From: Amoebophrya sp. A120
Lineage: Eukaryota; Protista; Dinoflagellata
Direction: 5' to 3'
Assembly (NCBI GenBank): GCA_905178155.1
Contig: CAJINV010000011.1
Coordinates: 3,375,077 to 3,439,076, forward strand
DNA length: 64,000 bases
Positions within the stretch are counted from its first letter, which is position 1, and each line of letters opens with the position of its first letter. Under the pieces are notes generated by a model, which saw only the letters and a program-made list of their open reading frames with translations, searched no databases and was not told where the DNA came from. The position numbers and the translations under genes were made by a program. Shown in pieces: positions 24,497-37,500 of this stretch.

Positions 24497-27400
24497 ATGC
24501 TAGAATTGCTGCAGCCGCGGCAACGAAGGCCCGCGAGAGAGGAGATGGAGAATCGAGCCGCGCAAGGCCGCATTCGTGGTTTCTTCCTTGCAAGCATTTG
24601 TCTCTGCGCCGTTGGCATCAATTTGTTCATCTCCGGGTGGGTGGCACACGCGGTCTCTCAAAACCAGGTCGACGCAGGAGAGACGTATACGCGGGCACTA
24701 GCGGTAGCTGGCAAGGATAGCCGTGAAGCTGCCGACGCAGACGAGAATGCTGAGGAGTCAACTGACACTTCTGCGGCGGCCGCGCTACCGCCACCAAGTG
24801 GAGGAGCGAAAACGTTCGCTGCTCGACAAGTTGCAGCTGAAGTAGATCATCATGGACTATCTTCGCTTGTTCCAGAAAGCAGCGCTGCTGGAGTTGCACC
24901 AGGAGCGGGACCGGCCACGGAGGGGACCACGCGCGGTCCGTCGCAAGTGGTAGCAACAGCAGCTTCGGGAACGGTTTCGTTTGTGCAACAAGGGCGTGCG
25001 ACCAACCTTGGCAGTACGAGCATAGAGACGGATTTTTCCGAGGGAGATGAGTCATCGAACCTGGTTCGTCGTGGAACCGATGCTAAGCTGCAGCACGGCG
25101 AGCGTTTCTCACCGTGGTCTGTAGGAGGACCAGCTGTATCTTCGGACGAAGACGACGGAAAGAACATCACGATAGAAAAGGCACTAAAAAATGCTACGGC
25201 TACAACTAATGCAGCGTCTGTTGTTGATTCGGTCGCAGGTAGTTCATCTCGAAGCGAACTGGTACGTGGATTGAACCGAAGGCAAAAACGTGAGGTGATT
25301 GTGGACACGTGCATCCGCCAAATTTACGAGGATATGCAAGTCGGTTGGAGCTCGGACGACGATCTCGCTGCCCCGCAGGAAAAGCTGTTGAGCGTCGCTC
25401 TGATGCGACGGTTCGTGAATGTGACCAGTGGAGAATTTCGCTTCTCGCTCGTTAGAGATTTTGCGGAGCGACAAGTTGCGGCGGGCCGGGTGGTTTGCCA
25501 ATCACGCCTTCCTATCCGCCCAGCATTTTTCCCGGAAATGTCTTTCTTCCTGTCGACTACGGACGGGTCGCTCGTCGTCAAAAATGACGGGGACGAAGGC
25601 AAAATGGGACCACCCAACTGGCTGGACCAGACGCAGCGTTTCTTCGAGCATGCGTTCGACCTCGACGGGGACAAGCTGGTTGCGGTCTACGAACCGGGCC
25701 TGCAGTGTCCAAGTCTGGCGGCGCCTGGCCTCCCCCCGCCGGAGGAGGACCCTAGTACCCCGGAAAGAGTACTACCTGGACCTCTACTGGGCCCCGCCGC
25801 CGCAAGGTTTGACCTGTTCCAGTGTTTGCTGCATCAGTCCGATTGGTTCTCCCGCGCTTCGGTCAATACGGTCTCGATTCAGGAACAGCATGACCAGCAG
25901 AGCTTTTCCGCGTTGGAATTGGAGCAGCAGTTGTTCATGATGCAACGGCGGAGCCACCCTTCCATTGACGAAAATGATCTTCGGTTTTTGAAGTCGCATT
26001 TCCACGATAAGCATCACCACTTGGGGCATAAAATTGATGAGTTCGCAGAGTCCGTACCAACAATCAAGGGCGTCCTCCAAAAGCATAACCTGGCTGACAA
26101 GGTTGTCTACATTCTCCAAAAGTTGATGGTCGGAGAAATCTACACGGCGCGGAACGGCAAAAACTTCCACCACAGCACGCTTGCGTTGGACTTACGGTGG
26201 CGAAAAGAGAAAGACCGTAATGAAAATACAGAAAATGAACGCTGCCGAGAGCTGCTGTTGGATGTAGTGCACGGGATAGCCTCCGCACTTGGTGTCGAAG
26301 ATCAGGAACGAGTTTTCTTCGGTTACTTGTACGCCAAACTGTACGCCAAAAAAAAAGGTGAGGACCCGCGGTGGCATTGGGACGAGGAAATCAAAACGCG
26401 TCACAAAGCAACAGATGAGCAGGGGCGTTCTTTCATGTACAACGACTTGCCGAGATTCTTTATCACGTTCAAGCGAGCTTTTGACCTGCAGGACCCGGAA
26501 CTCGATGTTGAGGACCAGGGAGAGTTTCTCCACGATTTTAAAAATGGCAACATTGTAGGTCGAGGGAACGGTGGTGGTTGTAGTGTGCACAATCGATTCC
26601 GAGTCTTCATTGCCCGTAAGGCTTTTCCCGCGCTTGTGTGGAAGAATGCAGAGTTGCTCGTGGAAAAAGTGAAGAAGGCGGCGCATGCGCATCAGCAGGA
26701 GATAGAAAAGCAGCACGCGGCGGAACAAGCAGAACATGACCGTGTGCTTCAGAGAGCTCGCGACCACCAGCACAAAAAAGAACAACAGGAGCGATTGCCT
26801 CGGCACAGCGCAGCACCCAAAGCGGCCCCGCAGCCAGCTTTCATCACAACGCTAAAGGGCGTTGAGCACGAGGCTTTCTTCTTCTGGAGCTTGGACGGCG
26901 CCGAGGTGAACAGATTGGGGGACAGCGGCTGGGACGACGGCGGCAAAAGAGACGAATACAAACGCCTGGCGTACGGTGTGCTGCGCGAGTTCCTCTACGC
27001 GATTCATATTCTGGTAGTCCACGCACGGAGCTTCGACTCGACGACTTCGAGTCGGTTTTCGTTTTCCTCGGATAGAAGTGTGATGCCTCATATTGAATCA
27101 CGTGTGAATGAAGAGAAAAATACGCCGGTATACAACGCACGCCTTTACTACGAGTGTTCCCACAAATACTATTTTGATCACGTCCACAACCTCCGATACG
27201 ATTACGACGTCGAGGAGAGGACTAAACTTGAAGCATGTTACCGCAACCGTCCGTTCGAGCATCTACTGCACCAGCTGGACTATCAACTGCAAAAATGTCT
27301 GAGTCTGGAAGATTGCAACTTGTCATGCTGTTTTTGGACTCTAAAAAAATTTGTATTGCATGACCAGCAATAGGGGCACAGTTTGTGCTACGCGGAAAGG

Positions 27401-27946
27401 GCATTTCTCATGCGGAAGGTGCATCAGGAAGCCCTCTAAAAGTCTGCGATGCTAGGTCATGCATTACAGGCGTCATGTGTCATGAGAAACATGCATGACA
27501 AACTTGGCAATCTTCCAGACCCAGACATTTTTGCATTTGATATGGACGACAAAAACACGAAGTCGAAAAGGGAACACAATTGGGGTGTCATCTTCAGCCA
27601 TGATGCCTTCGAGAAGATGACCGATGAGCAGTCTGAGATGGCCGATGCCCAGCTGGATCATTATTTTTTGATGCTCACCGAAAGCGCGGAAGCGCTGGGT
27701 ATGGCAACGGATGAGGGCGAGGGTGATGTCGACCACTACTGGAAGCCGCTGCGTTCGCTTTGGTCAAAAACAAAAAAATTCTTCTTCCATCGGAGAAAAG
27801 GTATAATGAAAATAATGAGAGAAGAGCTACAGGCGACAGCCGAGGCGCAGCAGCAGGAAGAAAAAGCCCGCGGACTTGTCGATGAGCGAACTTGGAGTGC
27901 GCATCTGGCTCACCGAACAAAATCTTTGAACCAAATAACCTTCTAG
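24497..27946 (+). CDS. Hypothetical ~1000-aa protein with an N-terminal hydrophobic (TM/signal-anchor) segment; one introner
   Basis: Long ORF; FFLASICLCAVGINLFISGWVA; removing the element at 27281 joins HQLD-DKNTKS and runs to the stop at 27946. Confidence 0.7.
27281..27542. mobile_element. Introner, family A; DR TGGAC
   Basis: TIR plus perfect DR. Confidence 0.9.
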
Positions 27947-28682
27947 ACGATCCACCACCAGCACCACCTCCATCTCAAGAACCAGTAGCGCTGCAACCAC
28001 GACGAGTCGTACCAGTCTTCAAACTATGCGGGTTTCCGTTTTGACAAAGGTCACGGCCGCGGAAAGCACTTTTTGCTTCTTTACTAAACTTCTGTCAGCG
28101 TTTTTTTGCAATTTTCAATCTTGATGAAGCCTCGCTGTGCGTCAGGCTGCCTGTTGATGAAGACTTTTTAAGTAAAACAAACTTAGAACCTGAACCATCG
28201 TCCGTATCTGCTTGATTACAAACAAGCTCGCACGCCGACAAATGCGAGCAAAAGATTGATTTTGAACAAAGTGGAGAGTATCCCAAAACTTTTAGTGTTT
28301 GTTTGGTTTACTCACGTCTTGAGATCACAGTGGTCCGCAAAACACGATCCAAGAAATTACTTACTTGCCCTTTCTGGATCGGGAAATTGTATAAAAGCTT
28401 TTGGGAAAAAATACGAGTTCCACGATCGATGAAGACTTGAACAAATCTATCATGCACGCAAGCTTCTCTACTCTTCATTTGGATTTACAGCAGCGCCAGC
28501 GACACAAAAAAGTTTTTCTATTCACTCCTTTGGTTTTGCGTTCTTTAACTTTATCCGACACAAGTAAAGATAGACAAAATTTCGATCAAAGTCCTTTGCT
28601 TAGCATTAGCCATACTGTTGATCAAGACTGACAAACTCAACCCTACAAGATGTGTTTCGGGCATTGGATGCAATGTTCGTTC

Positions 28683-30433
28683 ATGTCCGGAGCCCCGCAG
28701 TTCGGGCGCAAGGAGAAGGCCGAAACGCAGAGGAAACAGATTTTCAACGAGCTGCCGCAGTACGAAATTCCGTATGCATTGCAAATATGTCTGGGACGAG
28801 GTCTGGAAGGATGTAAATTGTAATGCTGCATTTGGATTCCAGAAAAAAACTGTATTGCATGAGCAGCAAAGGGAATGCAATTTTTCCTACGCGGAGAGCG
28901 CATTTGTCATGCGGAATAGGCATCAAGAACCCCTCAAAAAATCTGTGATGCTACGGCGTGCATCACAGATATCATGGCTGATGCAAAACGTGCATGACAA
29001 GTCCCATAATATTCCAGACCCAGACATTTTTGCAATTGATATTCCGGCCAAGTGCACCAAGCCGCTCGGCACGGACCGGACCCGCAACCTGATCAACCTG
29101 TACAGCTTCCACCCGCTCTATGGAAGCGTCAGGTTTGAAATCGTCAAAGTTGAAATAATCTGTAATGCATAAAATGCATGACCCGAGGCGCGTGTGTTGC
29201 AGAGCAGGCAAGTGAGGCCGATTGTAAGCCTGTTTGGGGTTACAGCTCGAGCTGCTAAAGTAGCATTAGAAAATCGCTCTTCTTTGCTTAAACAGCATGA
29301 CAAACTGGATTTAGGGACCACCGAAATTTGTCATGCGCCACTTGGCAACTGGGTTCCAACTGGCATCCATTTTATGCATGACAAATTATTTCAACTTTGT
29401 CGATTTCAACTCTGACACATCCATACGCTCCCGAAATCCGGTCTGCAGCTGGAGGGCGAGAACTCCGTCCACAGCACGCTGGCGGATTTGGCGAATGGGA
29501 AAACGAAAAACGGAAAAATAAATCCTCCAAATGACCGCGGTAACAAACCAACCGCAAATGGCAACGGGTACAACCACACAACGCAAAATGATAACTCCGA
29601 GAATGAGGAGGAGGAGGAAGTTGAAAAACAGCAGTACATGGAGCGGCACATGGTTTTGTCGGAAAAAGGACTGATCTTCGGCTCCGCCACGCACTTAGAC
29701 GGCCAGGTCCTGAACATGCACAGCAGTGTGGCCAAGCAGCACTGTGCTTTGCTCCACAACAACGGGAAGCTGTTTTTGAAAGCGATCGACGGTGTGACGA
29801 AAATCTGGTCCATGACCGAATGGAAGAAGGTGTTGAATCGAAAAGCGTCGGAAGCGAAGGACAAGGAGCCCATCCGGTGGATCGGGAATAGCGACGAGTT
29901 TAAACTGTTGGAAATCACGGGGATTGATAAACTGCAGAAAGTCTCGAAAAACCGGTGCGTGTTTCAACTTGGGGACTCACCGACGGTTTATTGGATCGAC
30001 TACAAGGAACTACCGCTCGGGGACACAGAGCACGAGGAGGGATTGGCGGAATTGTCAAAGGTATAGTTGTACTTACAAAGTTTTTTATTCGAATCATTCA
30101 AATTCTGATTCTCTCGATAATTAATGTTAATGACAGTGACGTGTAATGCTGAATTTGATTTGTGTAGTTAAAGTTATTGCTCGTTATGAGCCTGACTTTT
30201 GCGAATGCGATTCATTCGAAGTTTTCGAACTTTACTTGTAACAGCTTGACCGGGAGCGTGACAAGGACACCAGAAAAAAGGATCGCGACCGCGACGATGA
30301 ACGCGATAATTACAATGAGAAACACAAGCGGAGTCGAAGTCGCGGGCGCAGTCGAGAACGGGACCGCGATCGCGACCGCGCTCCTGCACGGGACAGTCGC
30401 GAAAGGGATCGGAGGAACGACCGCAGAAGGTGA
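28683..30433 (+). CDS. FHA-like domain protein with a C-terminal RD/RS-rich tail; 2 introners plus a GT-AG intron at ~30061-30244
   Basis: Reconstructed MSGAPQFGRK...YEIPAKC...LIFGSATHLDGQVLNMHSSVAKQHCALLHNNGKLFLKAID...VFQLGDS (FHA-like); last exon LDRERDKD...RSRSRGRSRERDRDRDR...RRR*. Confidence 0.65.
28773..29041. mobile_element. Introner, family A; DR TTCCG
   Basis: TIR (left copy has a small insertion) plus perfect DR. Confidence 0.9.
29119..29425. mobile_element. Introner, singleton family (TIR ..TTGAAATCG.CAAAGTTGAAATAAT); DR CGCTC
   Basis: ~40-bp TIR, perfect DR, joins FHPL-PKSG. Confidence 0.9.
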
Positions 30434-31562
30434 GATGGTGAAGTCTTTGGAGTTTATCTTTATGAAATAATCTAGTAAACACTGTGACCGTAAGTTCATG
30501 CTCACTCCCATTGCGAAAGATGATTTCCTCCGACATGTATTCGCACAGCGACAGAAGTCCAATTTCATCACGGCAAAGCAGCACAAAAGTGACGAAATTC
30601 ACACAACAGCGCCATTCATTGTGTTTCCAGTTCATGATGTGGCCTTCTGCACCTGCGTTAGTTAGGATGCATGGCCACTGTTCATCCAGTGCCCAATTTT
30701 TGTTCGTAAAAAACAGTTTGACTCGTCGTCTCGTTTGTCACTTAAATCGGTCCTGAGTTGCTCCACATAAAATTCGGTTTGGCACGTCGTTTCGTTTACT
30801 GAATTCTTGTCGGTTTTGCGTGTCATAGTCTACTTACAACTTCGGTGCGGGTGCAGCTTCAGTCCCTGCTTACCACGTGCGCTTTGCCGTATTAAAGTAG
30901 AACTAATAATTCTTTCGTAACAAGTGCTACATGATCGGACGTCTTAGTAAGTACCCTGCTACAACTCGTAGTTCTAGCCGACCTGATTTAGCATTAGCGC
31001 AGAGAACAACTCCAATTTCGGTAAGTGAAATCGTACGGAAGATCTTGATCAGCCGCTCCAAAATTTTACCCCTTCATCAGAGCGAATTTACTCCTATAAT
31101 TGTGAAATCCCCCACATTGTCTACCTTTACCCAAAATTAGCTATCCCCAAAGAAACGTCGCGACTGTTTACCCAGGCACTATTGAATGAAGTTTCGCAAC
31201 AAGTAAGTAGATACCAACATAACATAGAGATGCATATTTATTTCATCTGCGAGTAGGAGTAAATACAGTATTTTGCTAGAGTTCTGAAGCAATAATTTTT
31301 GGATTTGCAGAGGACGAGATCTATGTGATCTCCATCCGTGGTTCTTGGTGTATGATCGAAAAGAACGTCGAAAATCATGGTACCACGTGCTAGAAGCGCC
31401 GCAGCTCCGCACTTAAGGAGAAGTACAATAGTACCCAGCAGCGGGCGTAGGCCGGGATATAAAGGTTTTTCACCAGCGCGAACTGCACCACCATACTAGC
31501 TCCACCAGTCGGGGGTGGTCATTTTGACCACTGAACGGCACCGGCGTAAGTGAAAAATCGAA

Positions 31563-34500
31563 ATGTCGGCTTCCACTTCCCCTCCGCGAACCCCCGCTAG
31601 CACGGCTAGCAAACCGGGCATGTTGCCCGGCGCGAAAATGGTGCTCCCAAAGCCGCCGGTTCCCAGCGGCCTAGCGACGCCGACCAAAGCCGCCCAGGAA
31701 GCGGAGCGGGCGAACCGCAGCTCGGTGACGGACTTTACGAAGTTGATCCGGGGTGCGAGCGCGGTGCGCGAAGAGGCGTTTACGTTGAACGTGAAAATCG
31801 CCTATTTGAACAAAACCGTGAAATACGCCTTCAACCGGAGGGAAAAGGTGTCCGACCAGGTGGAGCGGTTGTGCGGCGTGCGCGACGTGCCCTACGACGA
31901 GGACGCAAACTACCAAGTTTTGCTTCGCATGGCGCCGAAGCACCTGCAGAAGTACGCCATCGGGGAAGAAGATTTCTACACTTTGGAAGATAACGCGGAC
32001 GTCCGACTAGTCGGGGGCTCGGATTTTGTCAACACCGCCCTGCAAAAAATCAGCGAAATCTCCTCGGGGTTTGCGGCTTCCGCCCCCGGGGAGAAGCTCG
32101 AGCAAAGCTCACAGGACGAGTTGCTCCGCTGGTGCGACTCGTTACTCAGGAATTGCGGGATAGTGGGTACTACTAGGAGACTCCATAAATTATTTTTGGC
32201 TTTTCTACTTTGCGTTAACTCTAAAGAGCACGACACTAAAACTAATTCAAATCCAATTCAAACCGATTTCAAATCTGCGGGCTATTGCAGCCTTTGGGCT
32301 TGTGGCAGGTGTGTTGGCCTAGAGTGGCCGCGATCCGCTTATTGTGTCGCGTCTGCCCTCTTCCGGTCATTATGTGACACGAGAATTCTCGGCAAAGCGG
32401 GTTTTCCTGGTAAGGTTTCTAACGATTGCGGGGCCATGTGTGTAGGCCATCGCGCGGAGGACCGTGCTTGACTTTTGTGATCCCTGTTCATGTGGTTCAT
32501 AGCATCAGCAGGGACACAACCTTGCCCGTGGTGTTGCCTCCGCCCGTATTCCCATGGTGCACGATTCACAGTCGAAAGGGGTCGGGGCTCGAGCGCTTCT
32601 GGAGACACACTCCAACAGGGCAGCCATTTCTTTTGGCTCGTGTTCTGGCAAGGAAGAGGCTGGCGGCCGCCGTATTTATTCTTCGCTGTGCCAAGCAATG
32701 AGCTTCGGGCACTCGCTCGCCCCCATTTTCCGAACTCCCTTTTTGTCAGGGACATGCCATTGCTGGAGGAATTGGCTGGGGGGGCGGTAGCTTTTTACGA
32801 CGACTGGAGGCAACTGACACCTGTGGCAACATTTCGCCTCTGCTGCTATTGCGCTCGCATGCATTATCCTAAAGGCGGCGCGTTCCGGCTGTGAAGACCG
32901 GCGACTTTCTGTCGATATGTGTTTGGCCTCTCCACTTCTGTTTTTCAAACGGAGATCAAATTTGAAAGGAGTTGGAAATAAGTTAGAAAAAAGTTAGGAC
33001 CTGGAATGTAATATGGCTAACTTTTTTCTACCTCTTTCTAACTTTTTTCTAACTTCAAACCAATTTCGATTTGAAATTGGTCTCGGACCTCAATTTCGAT
33101 TTGAAATTGACCAGAGTTGCCAATTTCGATTTGAAATGGGCCCGGGAGGCCAATTTCGATTTGAAATTGGATTGGTTGGTGGATTTCGATTTGAAATTTC
33201 TTCGGGGTTTCAATTTTGGCCCACAATTGCCAGCGATTGCCCTTCGATTCCGTATCGTCGAGCCATCTTGTAGAGCCCCCAAGCGCCTCGCATCAGGCCC
33301 CGTCGTTATTAGGCCCCACGAGATGTGGCGGGGTCGTCGGCTTCGACATGCGGCTGTCAAAGGCACTGAGGGTTCCACAGATGCGTTGGCTTCTTTGTCC
33401 GATCGATTTCGATCGTGGATGGAGGTAAGTTTCTCTTCTTGTGAGCATTTGATCCTTGGGCGCCTTTGTGCCGGCTTCTCTGGGGGTGGTAGGTTTTCTA
33501 GTGGCGGCGTTGTAACATAGCTGGAGCGTGTAGCCGAGCAAGATGGCTTTCATGGATGGTTGAGGTAGCTCCGCTGGTGCGACTCGTTACTCAGGAATTG
33601 CGGGATAGTCGGTAGAAGCAGACTTTGCATATGTTTTTTTTGGCTTGTTTTCTTTGCGCTCAATGTCAAGATGAGCTTCTTGTTGTTTTCCTTTTCCATG
33701 TTTCATTATAGTGGCACCATGAGGAAGGAGCACACGGCACTTGTTGTCAACATGCATTGACACAAAGAATTCCATTTCATCAAGCACTGAAGTCTTCAAA
33801 GCGCTCCCAGTCTCCAGCAAATATTGTATGTAGTGAGGTCACCGAACGGTTCTAACCAGGGAGTTTTTTTGACACCTACCGTGAAAAACGACCGGCAGTT
33901 TTCAAGCGGCCGGAGGTGTTTTTGAGCATAAAAAGTTTTCACCTATCAAGCGGCCGGGGCGTTTGCGGCAAAAAGGCCCGGTCGAAAACTATCGATTCGC
34001 ACTGGATAAAACGACGCAGGGGAGCCGGCAAAACGGGCGCCCTTCTGAGGCGCCCGCCGCCTTGGTTTCTGGCGATTCGGGGCGCCCAAAAAGGGGCGCG
34101 CAAAAAACGCGCCCAAAATCAGAACAGCGAAACAGCATGGCGCGGAAGCGATTTCGGAGCATTTTGGGCGGCCGCGAAAGCGGCCGCCTTTTCGCCGGTT
34201 TGAGAGCCTGGGAAGCTTTGCAAAAAGCGCCGGCGTGAAAAATAAAAACGCGGAAAATAAAAAGCGCCCCAGACGCGCAAAGCCAACCCGCATGCTATGG
34301 GCCCGCTTTTTCTTCGCTTTTTGGGCGCCCCCCGTGGCACCCAGATCGGCCCCATAGCATCGGGGCTGGCTTTCGGAAAGGAATTTTGGAAATGTGCCAA
34401 AATTTGTGCGAGTTGCTCCCAGGACGAGTTGCTCCGCTGGTGCGACTCGTTACTCAGGAATTGCGGGATAGTGGGTACTAGCACACTGCATAATTTTTGT

Positions 34501-37500
34501 TAGCTTTTCATGAGGAAAGGAGGAATCGAATGAGCACGACGCGACACTTGTCAATATGCCGCATGTTCACTACATAGCGAACTTCATGATTTCATCAAGC
34601 AGTGAACGACAAATCGCTCCCAGTTCATCTTTCCACCAAGGAGATTTCCAAACACGACTTTACAGGTCAAATCGGCGAATGGTTCGCATCTGAGGTGATA
34701 TCGCTGAAGGGCATCCGAGTCCTCTTCAACGCGCTGGTCAACGTGCAGAAGACCGAGAACGTGCAGCTGATGGAGCGGATTGTGGGTGTGATCATCGGCA
34801 TTTTGACCATTTTGCTGCAGTTCGAAGCGGGGATTGTGTGGACCGAAAAGGAATTGATGCTGGACGAGGATTTGTTAGAATCTCTCGTATGCGTCCTGTT
34901 CGGGAAAATGCGGTCCAAAGCGAACATTTCGCTGTTAAAAACCATGGGCTCGCGGGACGTGCGCTACACGCTGAACACCCGGAAACTCGCGTCCGCGTTC
35001 CTCTGTACGATGCTGCAACAGTTCCACAAAGACGTACCTCTCGCATTGAATAAAGCCTTCATGCGGCAGCCCGACGCGACGGTGAGCAGTTACTACAGCA
35101 TGATGGTCGAGTATCGTACGAAAAAAGTGTTTCACTGTAAGGATCTTGCAAGTTTTGCATCACAAGTTTGTTCTACATCACAGAGAAAATTTGCCATGCG
35201 AGATTCCAAAGGGAAAACACAGCGAAAAATCTAGTGTCTTGCATGTGTAGCAAGACAAACACGTCTAAGATACAGTTTCTGCATTACAAGTTTACAGTGA
35301 AACAGTTTTTTCTTGCGATATCGAGTTAAGCTCCGAGGACCCGCTGTACAACCTGGTTCTTGTCGTGTTTCTCTTCCTAGTCGAGCAGGACGACGTGAAG
35401 CAGCAGATCTTCAAATACCTCGACTCGGAACTCGCAGGCGCAGAAACCAACAAGTGGAAGATATTACAATGAAAAATGCCCCCTCCCCATAACAAAACGG
35501 AATTCTGTGATGCAGATTTGTGGTCACAAATCAGCTTTGTGATGCTAGCAGGGAAGAGATGCTAGCAGGGGAGAGACCCTAAACCCTGGAAACGGGAAAT
35601 AGCATGACAAATTGCCTCCAAACGAGGGACCAACTGCGCCTCTACTTGGCCTTCTAGCAACACACAACGATTTGTGTATTCAAATACAGCAACACAAATT
35701 TCGTTTTTGATATGGGGAGGGGGGATCTTTCCTTTTGATAGAAGAAACGCGCGAACGCGCCCGCGAACAGCAAGAAAATGCTGGTGGAAGACTCGTATCA
35801 AATGCAAATATGTCTGGGTCTGGAAGATTCTTACATTTGTCATGCATGTCTGACATGACTCGAGAATCTGTGATGCATGGGCACGAAAAGGCTCTCCTAT
35901 CTGTCATGCAAAAACGTTGTTTCTCATGCGAAATACGCAACACATAGCAGCTCAAAAATTTGTCATGCTAGCAGCTGCGTATTGCAGTCCGGCTATCATC
36001 CACTTTTAGCATGACAAGTTTCCAGACCCAGACATTTTTGCATTTGATAACTCGCTGTTATCCTCCCTCGCCACCGCCTGCGCGGAGACGGAGCGGTTGG
36101 AACTGTCCGGCGGGCAGGGTGGGGGCGGCCTGGCCACCGGGGCGGATTCGATCGAGAATCTGAAGCAAACCCTGCGCAAAATGGACGAGAGGAGGCGAAA
36201 AGTGGAGGCGGATCTGCGGAAGGCGCACCAGGCGATGTGCAAAATGGTCGAACTGGTGGATGTGGACAACGCGCTGGTGAACCAGTCCCTCCGGGCCATC
36301 GTCCGCTACGGCTGGGACAGCATTCACTGGCAGAAGGGGTACACCTGTCTGCACTTCGCTGCGGAGTGCATGGAGGCTCCGAACGTGGTGGAATTGCTGG
36401 CGCTGCTAGCGAAGGATATGAACGAGAGGGACGCGACGGGCAAGCGACCGTTGGATTACGCACGGAAGGAGCGAAAGCAGGCCAATGTGGAGGTGTTGGA
36501 AAAGATGAGAAACCAGTTCTACCGGCAGCAGCAGGCGGAACGGGCGATTCAAAAGAGACAGAACATAGACTACGCGAGACAGGTACAACTCATGATGGGA
36601 GGTTTTTGATGATTGAGATGCACACGTTCGTGGTTGTATCCACAGCTACTCGTGGTTGTGATTTTCGCTTAGAAGTTAAGGTTTGATGTTGAAAATGTTG
36701 TTTCTGGTCTCGTTTGCATTTGTCAAACTCATAATTGCAGGTCGAGATCCCGGAGAATTTAACGCCCACCCTCCGCGCCGGGATCGAAGCCGTTCTGCAG
36801 ATGGGCTGGAAAAAGATCAAGTGGCCGAACGGGTTTTCCGCCCTCCACTTGGCCGCGCAGTGCGGAAACCTCGAGGTGGTGAAAATCCTTCTCGAAAGAG
36901 TTGTGGGCGTCGGCGAAGACTACGAGGCGCGCGACAAGCTCGGCAACTCGCCGCTGGACTACGCGGTTTCGAGCAAGCACGAGATCGTCGCGGACTACCT
37001 GCGCAGGTACGACCCCAAGACCATGGGCGCGAAGAAGGAGAGCGATGAGGCGTTGACGTTGTCCCCCGGCCCCCGACCGGAGCGGGACCAGCTCGCGGAC
37101 GAGGCGGGGAGCAAGCGGAAACTGCCCGAATCGCCGGTTTTTTCCGCGCCGGACCGGAAAAATTTGCCGCAGAAGATCCCGGATAGCGTGACGGACGAGA
37201 AGGTGAAGAAAAATTTAGAGGACGTGATGTCCAAGGGGTATGGCGCGATCAACCGCATGCGGTGGCCGCGGGGGAAATCGCCGTTGCACGACGCCTGCGA
37301 AAAGGGAGACCTCCCGGTGGCCCTGTGGCTGCTGAAGTTCGGCGCGGATCCGTATAAAAAAGACGAGTACGGGAAGTCCGCGATCAGTTACGCGGACGAC
37401 AATGGGTTTAAAGCGGTCTCGGACGGCATCAAGAAGGAATGGAAGATTATGCACTGCAAAAGTACAGTACTAGTAGTAATCGCAGTCACGCATTACAGAT

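Larger units (their letters stand above)
32112..34480 (+). repeat. Three copies of the formin A exon-1 3' end plus splice donor (32112-32172, 33568-33614, 34420-34480)
   Basis: gctccgctggtgcgactcgttactcaggaattgcgggatagt is identical three times, each followed by GT and related but diverged intron sequence. Confidence 0.85.

Noticed and set aside
33061-33200. CRISPR array
   Set aside because: Spacers are only ~11 bp, there are no cas genes, and the context is a eukaryotic intron. Kept as an unexplained repeat array.
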